Source of the DNA: Fibrobacterales bacterium
GTDB lineage: Bacteria; Fibrobacterota; Fibrobacteria; Fibrobacterales; JAOPTW01
DNA: 64,000 nt
Direction of reading: 5' to 3'
NCBI GenBank assembly: GCA_051532035.1
Contig: JAOPTW010000027.1
Coordinates: forward strand, 1 to 64,000
Below are positions 30,209 to 40,346 of the stretch, one piece after another. The notes under the pieces are model-generated. The model was given only the letters and a program-made list of their open reading frames with translations, was not told the origin of the DNA and searched no databases. Numbering within the stretch: position 1 is the stretch's first letter; each line of letters opens with the position of its first letter. A program made the position numbers and the translations under genes.

Positions 30209-30949
30209 TTATAATACCCAGCTTAATCCAGCACTTACTACATAGATTGGATAATCATACTCATTAAAATTACTTTTTGAAGGAAAGTCCCCAGTAAAAG
30301 GGAGGTAGAACATTTTCAAACCAAACTCTGCATAAAAATCACGTTTTAAGGTATAAGTGTGAGTTATTCCCCACTGAGCCATCACATTAAAGCCAGAAAC
30401 CTTTTCAACAATATCTGGTGTTTGATCTTCGAGTTTAGTAAGATTGATAAACCATTTATGAGCACCCAACCCTAATTGCACATTCACATATTTAAAGTGC
30501 AATTTACCATAAACACTCATTGGAATACTAAATACGAAAAGCTCTAAATCTTTATCGCTTGCACTTTTTTTTTCACCCCACAACACCTGTATAAATCCAG
30601 TATTAAAACCGAAGGAAAATTCCGTTTGCCCAAGTACTGATAAATCATACGCTCTTTCGAGTCGATAACCAATATCAGCAATAAAAGGGACCCCCCAACT
30701 TGAGTAAGCCTCATCAAGAACATCTGCATTATTAATACTCAACCCAAGCGATGCATTTACTAGAATAGCGTTTCCAATAACCCGACTTCTGATTCCGGGG
30801 GCTTCAGCAAACTCAACATCCATGTCATCAAGTTCATCAAGCGCATCATCACCATCAAGACCAAGTTCTGCATCGAGGCTTGTCTCCTCTTCGGCAACTA
30901 TTGGTGAAAGCATCCCCAAAAAGAGTATCAGTAGTAGCATATAATTCAT
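30209..30949 (-). CDS. Hypothetical outer-membrane beta-barrel protein
   Basis: Signal peptide, acidic linker, amphipathic strands ending SAGLSWVL. Confidence 0.55.
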   Translation of the reverse strand: MNYMLLLILFLGMLSPIVAEEETSLDAELGLDGDDALDELDDMDVEFAEAPGIRSRVIGNAILVNASLGLSINNADVLDEAYSSWGVPFIADIGYRLERAYDLSVLGQTEFSFGFNTGFIQVLWGEKKSASDKDLELFVFSIPMSVYGKLHFKYVNVQLGLGAHKWFINLTKLEDQTPDIVEKVSGFNVMAQWGITHTYTLKRDFYAEFGLKMFYLPFTGDFPSKSNFNEYDYPIYVVSAGLSWVL

Positions 30950-31057
30950 TCGTTTCCCTCCACGGCAGTTGCTCTGTAATATACCTAAAATTGGGTGATT
31001 TTCATTGGGCTAATAACACTCATAGCCTCTGTAGACACATTTTTTGATAAAAGGTCA

Positions 31058-31354
31058 CTATTCTGAAAGAATATAGAGAAGAATTCCTAAGGGAATTGCA
31101 TTGAGAAACAGGGCGAGCCACATACCATACTTGGGCTCATTCTGTTTTACACCCCAAAGAGCAAAGAGTACCCCAAAACCAAAGAGGGCTAATGGTACGC
31201 TCTCTATAGAAAGTACACTCCAGATCTCGATAAATTCTGTTGAAAGAGTATCAGGAAACACTCCGTATCCAAAGATTGAGAGAAGTACCCCTGATCCAAT
31301 CGAAGTGACTCCTAACAGTAGTGAACGCATGCTATAATTTAATTTTCTTTGCAT
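31058..31354 (-). CDS. Small hypothetical membrane protein
   Basis: 98 aa with three hydrophobic segments. Confidence 0.5.
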   Translation of the reverse strand: MQRKLNYSMRSLLLGVTSIGSGVLLSIFGYGVFPDTLSTEFIEIWSVLSIESVPLALFGFGVLFALWGVKQNEPKYGMWLALFLNAIPLGILLYILSE

Positions 31355-31383
31355 GGGCTAAATATATCTAAAAAGCTGTAGAA

Positions 31384-32361
31384 TCAAAATGGAAACTGGC
31401 GATAAATTTCATCAACCATCGCAAGGGTTTCCAAGGTATCATTCCACGGCATGAGGGGATGTTCTAAACGCTGCTCACCACTGAGTAAAAGCTGAGATAC
31501 TGCATCAATCTCATAGCTGTACCCCGTACTCTCAATTTCGAATTGGTACTCCTTGAGCCCTTTATCTGTCACATCGAGCAGCATCCGCTCGGGTCGCCAA
31601 AATTCCTGATGAATAGTGATGCTTCCTTTAGTTCCAAAAATTTTGGCATCATTAGGGAGGTCTGTTACCACCGAACAGTCCAGGCGAGCTTGGACGCCCC
31701 CCTCATAAAAAAGACGATAGGTTCCCTTCTCATCAACACTGGTCAAGCCAAGATCAACACCGGCCTCAATACGCTTTGGAGCGCCAAGAACCATTTGAAC
31801 AAAAGAGAGCAGATAAACCCCTACATCAAAGAGAGCACCGCCGCCAAGTTCTTTGTTAAAAAGCCTCGAGTCTGCATCAAAATCTGCACTAAAGCCAAAT
31901 GAAGCTTCTATTGCCGTAATCTCACCAATACGTTTTTGTTCAATAATTTCACGGAGCTTATCCATGAGAGGGAAAAAACGGGTCCACAAAGCCTCCATAA
32001 TAAAAAGGTTTTTTGAACGAGCTAAAGCAAAGATCTCTGCCGCATCATTTTTTGTAAGAGTAAATGGTTTCTCACACACCACATGTTTCCCTGCCTCGAG
32101 TGCAAGAATCGCCTGCTCTTTATGAAACACATGAGGGGTTGCAATATAAACTACATCCACAGTAGGATCGTTCACCAATTCACTATAGCTGCCATAAAAG
32201 GACGTTGCCTCATAGTTACCAGCAAACTCTTTTGCTAAGGCGCTATCCCTCGAAGCAACTGACTGTAATGCACCATATTCACTATTTTTAATTGCAAGAG
32301 CAAACTCATGGGCGATACTCCCCAAACCGAGAATACCCCACTGAATCATTTTATGTTCCAT
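31384..32361 (-). CDS. Gfo/Idh/MocA family oxidoreductase
   Basis: WGILGLGSIA, YIATPH, GKHVVCEKP and GGGALFDVGVY motifs. Confidence 0.9.
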   Translation of the reverse strand: MEHKMIQWGILGLGSIAHEFALAIKNSEYGALQSVASRDSALAKEFAGNYEATSFYGSYSELVNDPTVDVVYIATPHVFHKEQAILALEAGKHVVCEKPFTLTKNDAAEIFALARSKNLFIMEALWTRFFPLMDKLREIIEQKRIGEITAIEASFGFSADFDADSRLFNKELGGGALFDVGVYLLSFVQMVLGAPKRIEAGVDLGLTSVDEKGTYRLFYEGGVQARLDCSVVTDLPNDAKIFGTKGSITIHQEFWRPERMLLDVTDKGLKEYQFEIESTGYSYEIDAVSQLLLSGEQRLEHPLMPWNDTLETLAMVDEIYRQFPF

Positions 32362-32512
32362 ACCATTCTCACTTATTGTTCTATCAGATTAGATCAAAGT
32401 TGTACGATAGATTAATAATAGGTTCAAATAGATCAAAGGAGGTGATCTAAGTTCGTAAAAGGAGCGTCAAATTGCTATATTGCCCTTAAAATGCTTTAAA
32501 AATGAGGGCAGT

Positions 32513-33598
32513 GTGTCGAGCGTATTAGGAAATATCTTTAAAATCTCTACCTGGGGTGAAAGCCATGGGAAAGCACTTGGTGTAGTGGTTGATGGGTGCC
32601 CTGCGGGAATGCCTATCGATGAAGAGATCATCCAAAAAGAGCTCGACAAGCGCCGCCCTGGACAAAACAAATTAGTTACACAACGAAAAGAGAGTGATAC
32701 CGTTGAGTTCCTTTCTGGTATTTTTGAAGGCAAAACCACAGGTACTCCAATATCTATGGTTATCTTCAATGAAGACCAGCGTTCAAGAGACTATGGTAAC
32801 ATCGTTGAAACATACCGCCCCTCTCATGCAGACCTAACCTACGATCTTAAATATGGGTTTCGTGACTACCGTGGCGGAGGCAGATCAAGTGCACGTGAAA
32901 CTGCCGGACGTGTTGCGGCAGGAGCTCTTGCGAAACAACTCCTCCTTAAAGCCCATGACACCAAAATTCTCGCCTATGTTAAACAAATTGGTTCGGTTAT
33001 TGCAGACATTGACCCACTGACTGTAACTGAAGAAATGGTTGAAGCGCACCCTACTCGATGTCCAAATCCTGAAGCTGCAATACTCATGGAACAAGAGATT
33101 CGTGATGCCCAGAAAGATCATGACTCTGTTGGTGGTGTTATCGAATTGGTTATTACTAACGCCCCTATAGGGCTTGGTGAACCAGTTTTTGACCGTGTTG
33201 AAGCAAACCTTGCTAAGGCAATGCTCTCTATTATGGCCTCAAAAGGATTCGAAATTGGTGAAGGATTTAATGCAGGCTCTATGCGTGGCTCGGCACATAA
33301 TGATGCAATTATCCATGACAAAAGCGGTTTCCATACTAAAACAAACCATGCTGGCGGAACACTCGGTGGCATTACTAATGGTGAACCTATCATCTGTCGT
33401 GTTGCCTTTAAGCCAACCGCAACCATATCACAGCCTCTCGATACCGTCACGCGTTCTGGAGAAACCACATCATTGACAGCGAAAGGAAGACACGACCCCT
33501 GTGTTGCAACCCGTGCACCTGTCATTGTAGAAGCAATGGCCGCTCTTACCCTTGCCGATCTCTTCCTCGAAAATCGCGCAAAGTTTGGAATATTTTAG
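32513..33598 (+). CDS. aroC: Chorismate synthase
   Basis: WGESHG, RPSHAD, RGGGRSSARET and GRHDPCV motifs; GTG start after GAGG. Confidence 0.97.
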   Translation: MSSVLGNIFKISTWGESHGKALGVVVDGCPAGMPIDEEIIQKELDKRRPGQNKLVTQRKESDTVEFLSGIFEGKTTGTPISMVIFNEDQRSRDYGNIVETYRPSHADLTYDLKYGFRDYRGGGRSSARETAGRVAAGALAKQLLLKAHDTKILAYVKQIGSVIADIDPLTVTEEMVEAHPTRCPNPEAAILMEQEIRDAQKDHDSVGGVIELVITNAPIGLGEPVFDRVEANLAKAMLSIMASKGFEIGEGFNAGSMRGSAHNDAIIHDKSGFHTKTNHAGGTLGGITNGEPIICRVAFKPTATISQPLDTVTRSGETTSLTAKGRHDPCVATRAPVIVEAMAALTLADLFLENRAKFGIF

Positions 33599-33684
33599 CA
33601 AAACTTTGGATACGTTAAAATAGCAGTATTCTTTGGAAATTGTTATCGCTACAAATAGATTACAACAGTATACATAAAGACTTG

Positions 33685-35328
33685 TTACACTCTAAAGTGC
33701 AGTACCTCTTTATTGAGTTCTCGTGATATCTTACTCAACTCTTCTGATTCACCATTTAAACCTTCGACGTCACCAACAGTCTCTTGAAGTGCCCGCTTGA
33801 TCTCGTGTACACTCTCCGTTGTTTCATTAATATGATTGGTGACCTGACCAACATCACTACTTATAGTATCAACAGTAGTGCTGGTATTTGCAACACTTCG
33901 AGCTATTTCATTTGAAGTGCCTGACTGCTCTTCTACCGCAAGTGAAATAGATTGAGACATCTGATTGAGCTCTTCTATAATCTCAGTCACTTTTGATATA
34001 GACAAATTCGTTGCTTTGGTACTTTTTTGCATTCCGTTGATAAGTTTACGTATCTCTTCTGTGGCATCGGATGTTTGAGTTGCAAGTTCTTTTACCTCAT
34101 TGGCTACAACGGCAAAACCTTTACCCGACTCACCAGCACTTGCGGCTTCTATTGTTGCATTGAGTGCAAGCAGATTCGTCTGCCTCGCTATAGCACTAAT
34201 TACTTCAATCACTTTCCCAATTTCGGCAGCTGAGATAGTCAGCCCTTCCATCACCGTTTGTGACTCTTTAGCTTGAATGCCTGCCTCTTTTGCAATGGCG
34301 AGTTCGTGCTGACAACTTTGAGAGACATTTGAAATAGTTGAACTCATCTCATCTACTGCTGAAGCGATGGTATCTGTATTTGCATTGAGCTCTTGAATTG
34401 CACCTGAAATACTTTCAATGTTTTGTTGAGCATTCTCTGTTCTAGATAAGGCACTATCACTCTCTTGTAATAACTTCTCAGAGTTTTCAGTAAGTTCTGA
34501 AGCAACGCCCGCGATAGAACCTGAAGAGCCTCGTAACACATCAACCGTCTCATGAAAGTTCCTGAGGACGCTTCCCACTTTATCAATCATCACATTAATC
34601 GTATTGAGCAACGCGCCAAATTCATCGGTACGGTTGTGTTCTAATGAAATAGTAAAATCTCCTTGCGACACCTTGCGCATCATCTGTTGCACCTGTCCAA
34701 TAGGCTTTATAATGCTTTGACTCAGTACCATAGATATAAGAAGTATCACCCCTACAATGACCAATGAGACGACAACAATAAAGGCAAAGTTTTTATTGAG
34801 TATGGCTGTACTCTGTTCAAACTCACCCTTTGTTGCTACTGAGGCATTCTCAATCTCTTTTTTAATAATAGTATTGAGCTCCTTACTGACATGCGCAAAC
34901 TCAGGATACTGTTCTGTTGCAGAATAGGCATCGGCCGAAATACATATTGTTGAAACATTTACAAATTGCTCTTGAAACAGCTCGAGTTTACTTATCAACA
35001 ACACTGCCACTGTTGAGTCAATACTTCCCTCATTTAGTTGTTTACCACTCTGCTCTATCTTTTGGAGTAACAACTCAGCAGTTGTTTTGATATTAGAAGG
35101 GTCTTCACCGAGCATATTAGAGATGATCAAATTAGGTAGGCCAGCATCTGCTTCAGCAATTGCCGACGCAACCTTTGAAAGCAGCTCCATATTTTTCACG
35201 TTTTTATTGTAAAGAGTATCAAAGGATTGTTTTACAGTATTTGAACCAGCCCCTACAAAGAGGACAATAGTTGCTACTGCAACTGCAGTAATTGCAGGAA
35301 ACAGAAATAATTTACTCTTCACTTTCAT
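33685..35328 (-). CDS. Methyl-accepting chemotaxis protein
   Basis: Two TM helices, HAMP, and [37 protein letters not shown]. Confidence 0.95.
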   Translation of the reverse strand: MKVKSKLFLFPAITAVAVATIVLFVGAGSNTVKQSFDTLYNKNVKNMELLSKVASAIAEADAGLPNLIISNMLGEDPSNIKTTAELLLQKIEQSGKQLNEGSIDSTVAVLLISKLELFQEQFVNVSTICISADAYSATEQYPEFAHVSKELNTIIKKEIENASVATKGEFEQSTAILNKNFAFIVVVSLVIVGVILLISMVLSQSIIKPIGQVQQMMRKVSQGDFTISLEHNRTDEFGALLNTINVMIDKVGSVLRNFHETVDVLRGSSGSIAGVASELTENSEKLLQESDSALSRTENAQQNIESISGAIQELNANTDTIASAVDEMSSTISNVSQSCQHELAIAKEAGIQAKESQTVMEGLTISAAEIGKVIEVISAIARQTNLLALNATIEAASAGESGKGFAVVANEVKELATQTSDATEEIRKLINGMQKSTKATNLSISKVTEIIEELNQMSQSISLAVEEQSGTSNEIARSVANTSTTVDTISSDVGQVTNHINETTESVHEIKRALQETVGDVEGLNGESEELSKISRELNKEVLHFRV

Positions 35329-35338
35329 AATGGATTAC

Positions 35339-35809
35339 CTATTTATATATACCAGCAACAACGATGTAGTTCTTCCCTTTTACTTTAACGAGCTTACAAT
35401 AAGCAGTCTTAGCATGAATACCTTTTTCACCTGGTTTTTGATAACTATAGTCGGTCCAGCCTTCACCTTTTTCAAGAGCGACCGCAACAATTTCGTCTCG
35501 GAATTTTTTACCCCGCACGTCAGGCTTTCCTTTATATGACTTCCCTATAAGCCCTGGTTTGTAAGGGTGTGCAAGCATAACCGCCTCATCTGAATAGACA
35601 AATGCATAGAGCGCTTTTTCTTTAAAATAAAAGCCACCATCTGGTTGACTGATCTGCTTGAGTCCAGCTTCACCTTTTGCCGCAATTAGCTTTGACGCTT
35701 TTTCCACCAAGGCTTTCGCTTCTTTCTGTTTGTCTGATAACACTCCTGCAAAACTTGTACTACATACCACAAGAACTACCACAAGAAGTGATTGTATTAT
35801 TCGACTCAT
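35339..35809 (-). CDS. Exported single Cache-domain protein
   Basis: Signal peptide from MSRIIQ; YAFVY...LAHP...GK...D..GK...GEGWTDY...K.AY pattern. Confidence 0.8.
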   Translation of the reverse strand: MSRIIQSLLVVVLVVCSTSFAGVLSDKQKEAKALVEKASKLIAAKGEAGLKQISQPDGGFYFKEKALYAFVYSDEAVMLAHPYKPGLIGKSYKGKPDVRGKKFRDEIVAVALEKGEGWTDYSYQKPGEKGIHAKTAYCKLVKVKGKNYIVVAGIYK

Positions 35810-35952
35810 AGAGTATCTCCTTAATCTTTGATTTATTTGATACAACTATTGTACTACAGTACTTAATGAAAAACCCACAAAAACATCAAAAACTACTCTT
35901 TTGCTTCTCATTAATTGGGGAAATTGGATAGTAGGGAAACGCTGATCACAAA

Positions 35953-35982
35953 AAAAGCTCTCTCCATAAGGAGAGAGCTTTT
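35953..35982 (-). terminator. Rho-independent terminator
   Basis: AAAAGCTCTCTCC-ATAA-GGAGAGAGCTTTT, downstream of the 36008 gene. Confidence 0.85.
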
Positions 35983-36007
35983 AAAAATTATAATAGATTA
36001 TGAATGA

Positions 36008-36964
36008 CTAATCGCACTCACCTGCGGTGCTTTGGAGGCTTTCGTAAAACTCACGATAATTGTCTTTTTCTGCACTATCACGAAGCGCCATAGCTGCACG
36101 AGGGTGCTCATTCATAATACCGGCAACTGCATAAGGGATAATATAGCCCCATTCAATCTCTTCACGTAATGGGAGCATCTCATTCGTAATACACTCAAGT
36201 ATCGGACGAAGATCATATTTAGGGTTTTTAAGAAAGCCAAGAAGAAGTTCTAAATTACAGTTGCCTGCTGCACGACCAATACCATAAATTGTTGCATCAA
36301 GGCAGTTGGCCCCTTCAATGATTGCCTGAATAGTATTGCCAAAAGCAAGCTGCTGATTATTGTGGCAATGCACTCCAATCTCTTTAGCTTTGATCACTGC
36401 TTTTGCTCGTTTTACGAGTGCCGCCATTGACTCTTGATTGAGATAGCCAAAGCTATCCACAATATTTACTACTTGTACTGTTGATTCATTTTCTAGCTGA
36501 GTAAAAGCATCCTCAAGCTCTGGACCTTGATCCTTAGAAATAGCCATAAGGTTAATTGCAGTTTCGTAGCCTTTCTCGTCAAAAGCATTTGCCATAGCAA
36601 TTGCTTTATCGACATCTTTCACATAACAAGCAACACGCATCATATCTACTGGAGACTCTGATGCTGGCTTGATATCGTCCATATTTACCCGTCCAATATC
36701 AACCATACAAGAAATTTTTGTATTTGTTTCAACGCCTGCAATTACTTCAGCAACAACTTCGTCATCACAAAATTTCCATGGGCCGAACTCATCGGGTGAA
36801 AAAAGATCTTTTGAATTTTTGTAGCCGATCTCAAAGTAATCAACACCTGCAGCTGATGATGCACGGAATACTTTTTTAACAAAATCCATACTAAACTGAT
36901 GGTTGTTAATAAGGCCACCATCACGAATGGTGCAGTCAAGTACTTGGATTTCTGGTCTATACAT
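36008..36964 (-). CDS. DRE-TIM metallolyase (HMGL-like / 4-hydroxy-2-oxovalerate aldolase-like)
   Basis: LDCTIRDGG, VDSFG, GVHCHNNQQL and GIGRAAGN motifs. Confidence 0.8.
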   Translation of the reverse strand: MYRPEIQVLDCTIRDGGLINNHQFSMDFVKKVFRASSAAGVDYFEIGYKNSKDLFSPDEFGPWKFCDDEVVAEVIAGVETNTKISCMVDIGRVNMDDIKPASESPVDMMRVACYVKDVDKAIAMANAFDEKGYETAINLMAISKDQGPELEDAFTQLENESTVQVVNIVDSFGYLNQESMAALVKRAKAVIKAKEIGVHCHNNQQLAFGNTIQAIIEGANCLDATIYGIGRAAGNCNLELLLGFLKNPKYDLRPILECITNEMLPLREEIEWGYIIPYAVAGIMNEHPRAAMALRDSAEKDNYREFYESLQSTAGECD

Positions 36965-37051
36965 TCTAAAAACCTTTTTTTCTATAAAAATTGCGCTTCA
37001 CAAATGTAGGATTATCGAGCACTATTTTCTATCAATTCACTAATGGGAACT

Positions 37052-38161
37052 CTATTTTGGCCCATTTTGTCTTGGTGGCTCAGAAACGATACAAAGCTCT
37101 CGCAATACCGATGTTGCAAACGCTCCTCTGACTAAGGTACATTCAAGTACAATGTGACCCTCCTCATTAACACTAAAGCTCAAGTCACTTACTTTGAGTC
37201 GAAGCGCACGCCGATCGGCGCGCATATCCTGCTGTAATAATCCCTCAGTAAAAGCACCATATGCTTCAAGCACCCCTTGTTCGTACTCAGCAACCCTTTC
37301 GTCTAGGTTACCACTCTCTTCTCCAAAAAGTGGCCCTGTAGGGTGGATATCCCAGTTTTTGAGTCGTTCGATGATATCATCATCAACATCTTCGGCGGTA
37401 AATACTGCATTTGATGTTTCGAAAGTACAGCGCTCCCCAAACAAAATAGCATTCCAACTCTTGTCAGCAATTCGCTTTGAGAGTACCGCATTAAAAAGAA
37501 GCGAACGAGCAGCTGAGAGATAGAGTCCACGCAATTTTTTACTATTACTCCTCAAGCTTCCATCAAAAAGTTGCTGTGCGCGTATTATATTAATGCCCCC
37601 ATTACCAAAACGTTGTGGACCAAAATAGTTAGGCACTCCATCCCGTTCAATGCGGTTAATACGATCAATAAAATCTTCGATTGAACCCTTAAATTCCTGA
37701 ATTGTAATAGTGAAGTGGTTTGATGCGTGTATCCCTTTTTTCAACTTTTTAGTATGATTGGTAATTGACTCTACAACAACCGAACCACCTAGCGCTTTTA
37801 CCCCTTTATTTTCAGTAATAAATTTACTGAGCTTTTCTCTGGCCACGCTTTTTGTGTAGCGCGGTGCATACACACTCATCCACTGAGATGTCACTGCCTT
37901 TTTATCTTTAAGCCCCGAATACCCAACATCCATGATCTTAACATCAAAATAGGCGGCCAGCGCTTGGGCAACGTCAACAGTATTACACTCCCGTTTTGTT
38001 ATATAGAGACAAAAGTGTTCGCCCGTTCCTTCGGGTGAAAACCCCAGGTTTTCAGCTACTTTAAAATCTTCGGGCCGTGTTTTAATAACCCCAGACGTCT
38101 CTGGTTTACTCTCAGCGTAGTTCCATTCATCTGAATAGGTATAATACGGTTCTTCTGACAT
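37052..38161 (-). CDS. truD: tRNA pseudouridine(13) synthase
   Basis: PEDFKVAE, GLKDKKAVTSQ, PNYFGPQRFG and GAFATSVLRE motifs. Confidence 0.95.
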   Translation of the reverse strand: MSEEPYYTYSDEWNYAESKPETSGVIKTRPEDFKVAENLGFSPEGTGEHFCLYITKRECNTVDVAQALAAYFDVKIMDVGYSGLKDKKAVTSQWMSVYAPRYTKSVAREKLSKFITENKGVKALGGSVVVESITNHTKKLKKGIHASNHFTITIQEFKGSIEDFIDRINRIERDGVPNYFGPQRFGNGGINIIRAQQLFDGSLRSNSKKLRGLYLSAARSLLFNAVLSKRIADKSWNAILFGERCTFETSNAVFTAEDVDDDIIERLKNWDIHPTGPLFGEESGNLDERVAEYEQGVLEAYGAFTEGLLQQDMRADRRALRLKVSDLSFSVNEEGHIVLECTLVRGAFATSVLRELCIVSEPPRQNGPK

Positions 38162-38297
38162 ATTTTAAGCCACCCTTTTCACTGTATCTAAATACGCTAG
38201 AAGAATACGGTACAGTTTTTCTGCCCAATCTTCTATTCATATTCACTAAAAAGATAAAAAGTAGTATAATTCTCATAATGGAACTACTTTGACTTCT

Positions 38298-39722
38298 ATG
38301 AAGACTACACGCCTAAAAATTCGATACATTATAATACTCTTTTTTTTGGGTTTTATAGTTTTTGTGTTTTACAACGAATTATCCCTTGAGAAGCTTGCCC
38401 AGGATCAGCTTAAGAAACACGGTACTATTGTATCGAATGCCCTCTGGAATCTTGATAAAAAGAGTCCCCTCCGATATCTGGAAGAAGCATCGCTCAACCA
38501 TAACTATAAAAAACTGGTACTCCGTGATGACCTCCAGCAAGAGTTTATCAAAATTGATGGCGATACAATTATTAACAATAAAAGCTTTTTTACAACGTTT
38601 TTACCAACCAAGCATCTAGTGTCAAACGTCTATTACAACAACCGAAAAATTGGATCTCTTGAGGTATGGTGGCGTAATGACTCTCTGTTTTTATATAGTA
38701 ATATACTCCTCATGTCCACCTTTATTATACTCGCCCTTTCTCTCTATTTGAAGCTACTCTATACCAATACAAACCTCGAGCAAATGGTTGAAGAGCGTAC
38801 TTTTGAGCTAAAGCAAGTGAATGACAACCTAGCCAATCACAAAGAGCACCTTGAAGAGATAGTCATGGAGCGCACCAAAGAACTTCTTTCAACACAACAG
38901 GCAGCCATTGATAATGCTCACAGGGCGGGCATGGCAGATATTGCTAATGGAGTGCTCCACAACATTGGTAACATTCTTAATAGTGTAAACACCTCAGCCC
39001 ACATTATTCATGAGCTGTCACAAGATTCATTTCATCAAAAATTTGCTGATGCGAACCAAATTCTATCAGAAAATATCGATACCATAAACGACTTTATCAC
39101 CCACGACTCACGCGCCAAGGCACTCTTTGAATACTATATAGAACTCGGGAAAGTACATGCACACAATCAAGAAATGCTCCACAATCATGTAGTACGACTT
39201 CAGGACAAAATAAAAGCAACTATTGATGTCATAGCTTCGCAACAAGCGTATGCAGGAAGCGCCTCAATGAATGAGCTTATCGATGTGAAAGGGGTTATTC
39301 TCGACGCCCTGAGCATGGAGAATCAATCATTAGAAAATAGCAGCGTGAACATAGTTGACAATATGGATCATCATAAAACCTATGCTGACAAAACGAAACT
39401 CATACATATTGTTATAAACCTCATCAAAAATGCTATTGATGCAATGCTTGAGTCACCTAAAAACAGAAAAATACTCACCTTTACTACGCTCTTTGAAAAT
39501 GACACCTTTTATCTCAAAATTGGTGACACAGGATGTGGTATTAGTCAAGATAATCTCAACAATATATTTGCTCATGGATTTACAACAAAAGTGGATGGAC
39601 ATGGCTTTGGCCTCCACTCATGCGCCAACTATATGACTGAAATGAGTGGTAAACTGTATGTAGAGAGTGAGGGTGAAAACAAGGGCGCAACCTTTACCCT
39701 TGCCTTTCATCAAAAAACATAA
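38298..39722 (+). CDS. Membrane sensor histidine kinase
   Basis: Two TM helices, VEERT coiled coils, VLHNIGNILN and FAHGFTTK..GHGFGLHSCAN. Confidence 0.85.
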   Translation: MKTTRLKIRYIIILFFLGFIVFVFYNELSLEKLAQDQLKKHGTIVSNALWNLDKKSPLRYLEEASLNHNYKKLVLRDDLQQEFIKIDGDTIINNKSFFTTFLPTKHLVSNVYYNNRKIGSLEVWWRNDSLFLYSNILLMSTFIILALSLYLKLLYTNTNLEQMVEERTFELKQVNDNLANHKEHLEEIVMERTKELLSTQQAAIDNAHRAGMADIANGVLHNIGNILNSVNTSAHIIHELSQDSFHQKFADANQILSENIDTINDFITHDSRAKALFEYYIELGKVHAHNQEMLHNHVVRLQDKIKATIDVIASQQAYAGSASMNELIDVKGVILDALSMENQSLENSSVNIVDNMDHHKTYADKTKLIHIVINLIKNAIDAMLESPKNRKILTFTTLFENDTFYLKIGDTGCGISQDNLNNIFAHGFTTKVDGHGFGLHSCANYMTEMSGKLYVESEGENKGATFTLAFHQKT

Positions 39723-39739
39723 TTTATTTTACCGCTATG

Positions 39740-39770
39740 ACCACATTTTAACCACATTTTAACCACATTT
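39740..39770. repeat. 11-bp tandem repeat (about 2.8 copies)
   Basis: ACCACATTTTA ACCACATTTTA ACCACATTT upstream of the YfiR-family gene. Confidence 0.85.
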
Positions 39771-39818
39771 CATTTCAAATTTCGGTATACTTAAAGTGGA
39801 CCTTTTTATACCAAACAC

Positions 39819-40346
39819 ATGAAATTAAAAATAGCACTTCTCATACTTTTTTTGATGGCCCCACTCACTGGCCAGTCAAAGGAATATATTGTGAAGTCTA
39901 TATTTCTTGCAAAGTTTTCGAAGTTTATTGAATGGCCTAAAGCAAAGATGAAAAGTGATTCATTTGTCATAGGTATCTATGGAAACAACTCCTATGCAGG
40001 CATCATTGAAAAAGTATATCAAACAAAGAACATAAAGAAAAAAGATGTAGAGATCCGATATATTGACAACCTCAATGAAATATCATCATGTCACATTCTC
40101 GTACTCAATTCAGACAATACACAATCACTCTCTGAATTAACAGCTATAGCAAATCGTCACAGTGTACTCACCATCTTAAATGACCCCACTACAGACTTTA
40201 ATGGCACCATTATTACCTTTTTTATTGGAAGCAATAACACTGTTGGCTTTTCTATCAACCAAGAAAGCATGAAAGAGAGTTCACTCGACATCAACTTTAT
40301 GCTTGTAGAGATAGCCAACTCGCTTAACAAAGGAGGGAGCAGATGA
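39819..40346 (+). CDS. YfiR family periplasmic protein
   Basis: Signal peptide; EYIVKSIFLAKFSKFIEWP, CHIL and F.IN motifs. Confidence 0.8.
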   Translation: MKLKIALLILFLMAPLTGQSKEYIVKSIFLAKFSKFIEWPKAKMKSDSFVIGIYGNNSYAGIIEKVYQTKNIKKKDVEIRYIDNLNEISSCHILVLNSDNTQSLSELTAIANRHSVLTILNDPTTDFNGTIITFFIGSNNTVGFSINQESMKESSLDINFMLVEIANSLNKGGSR

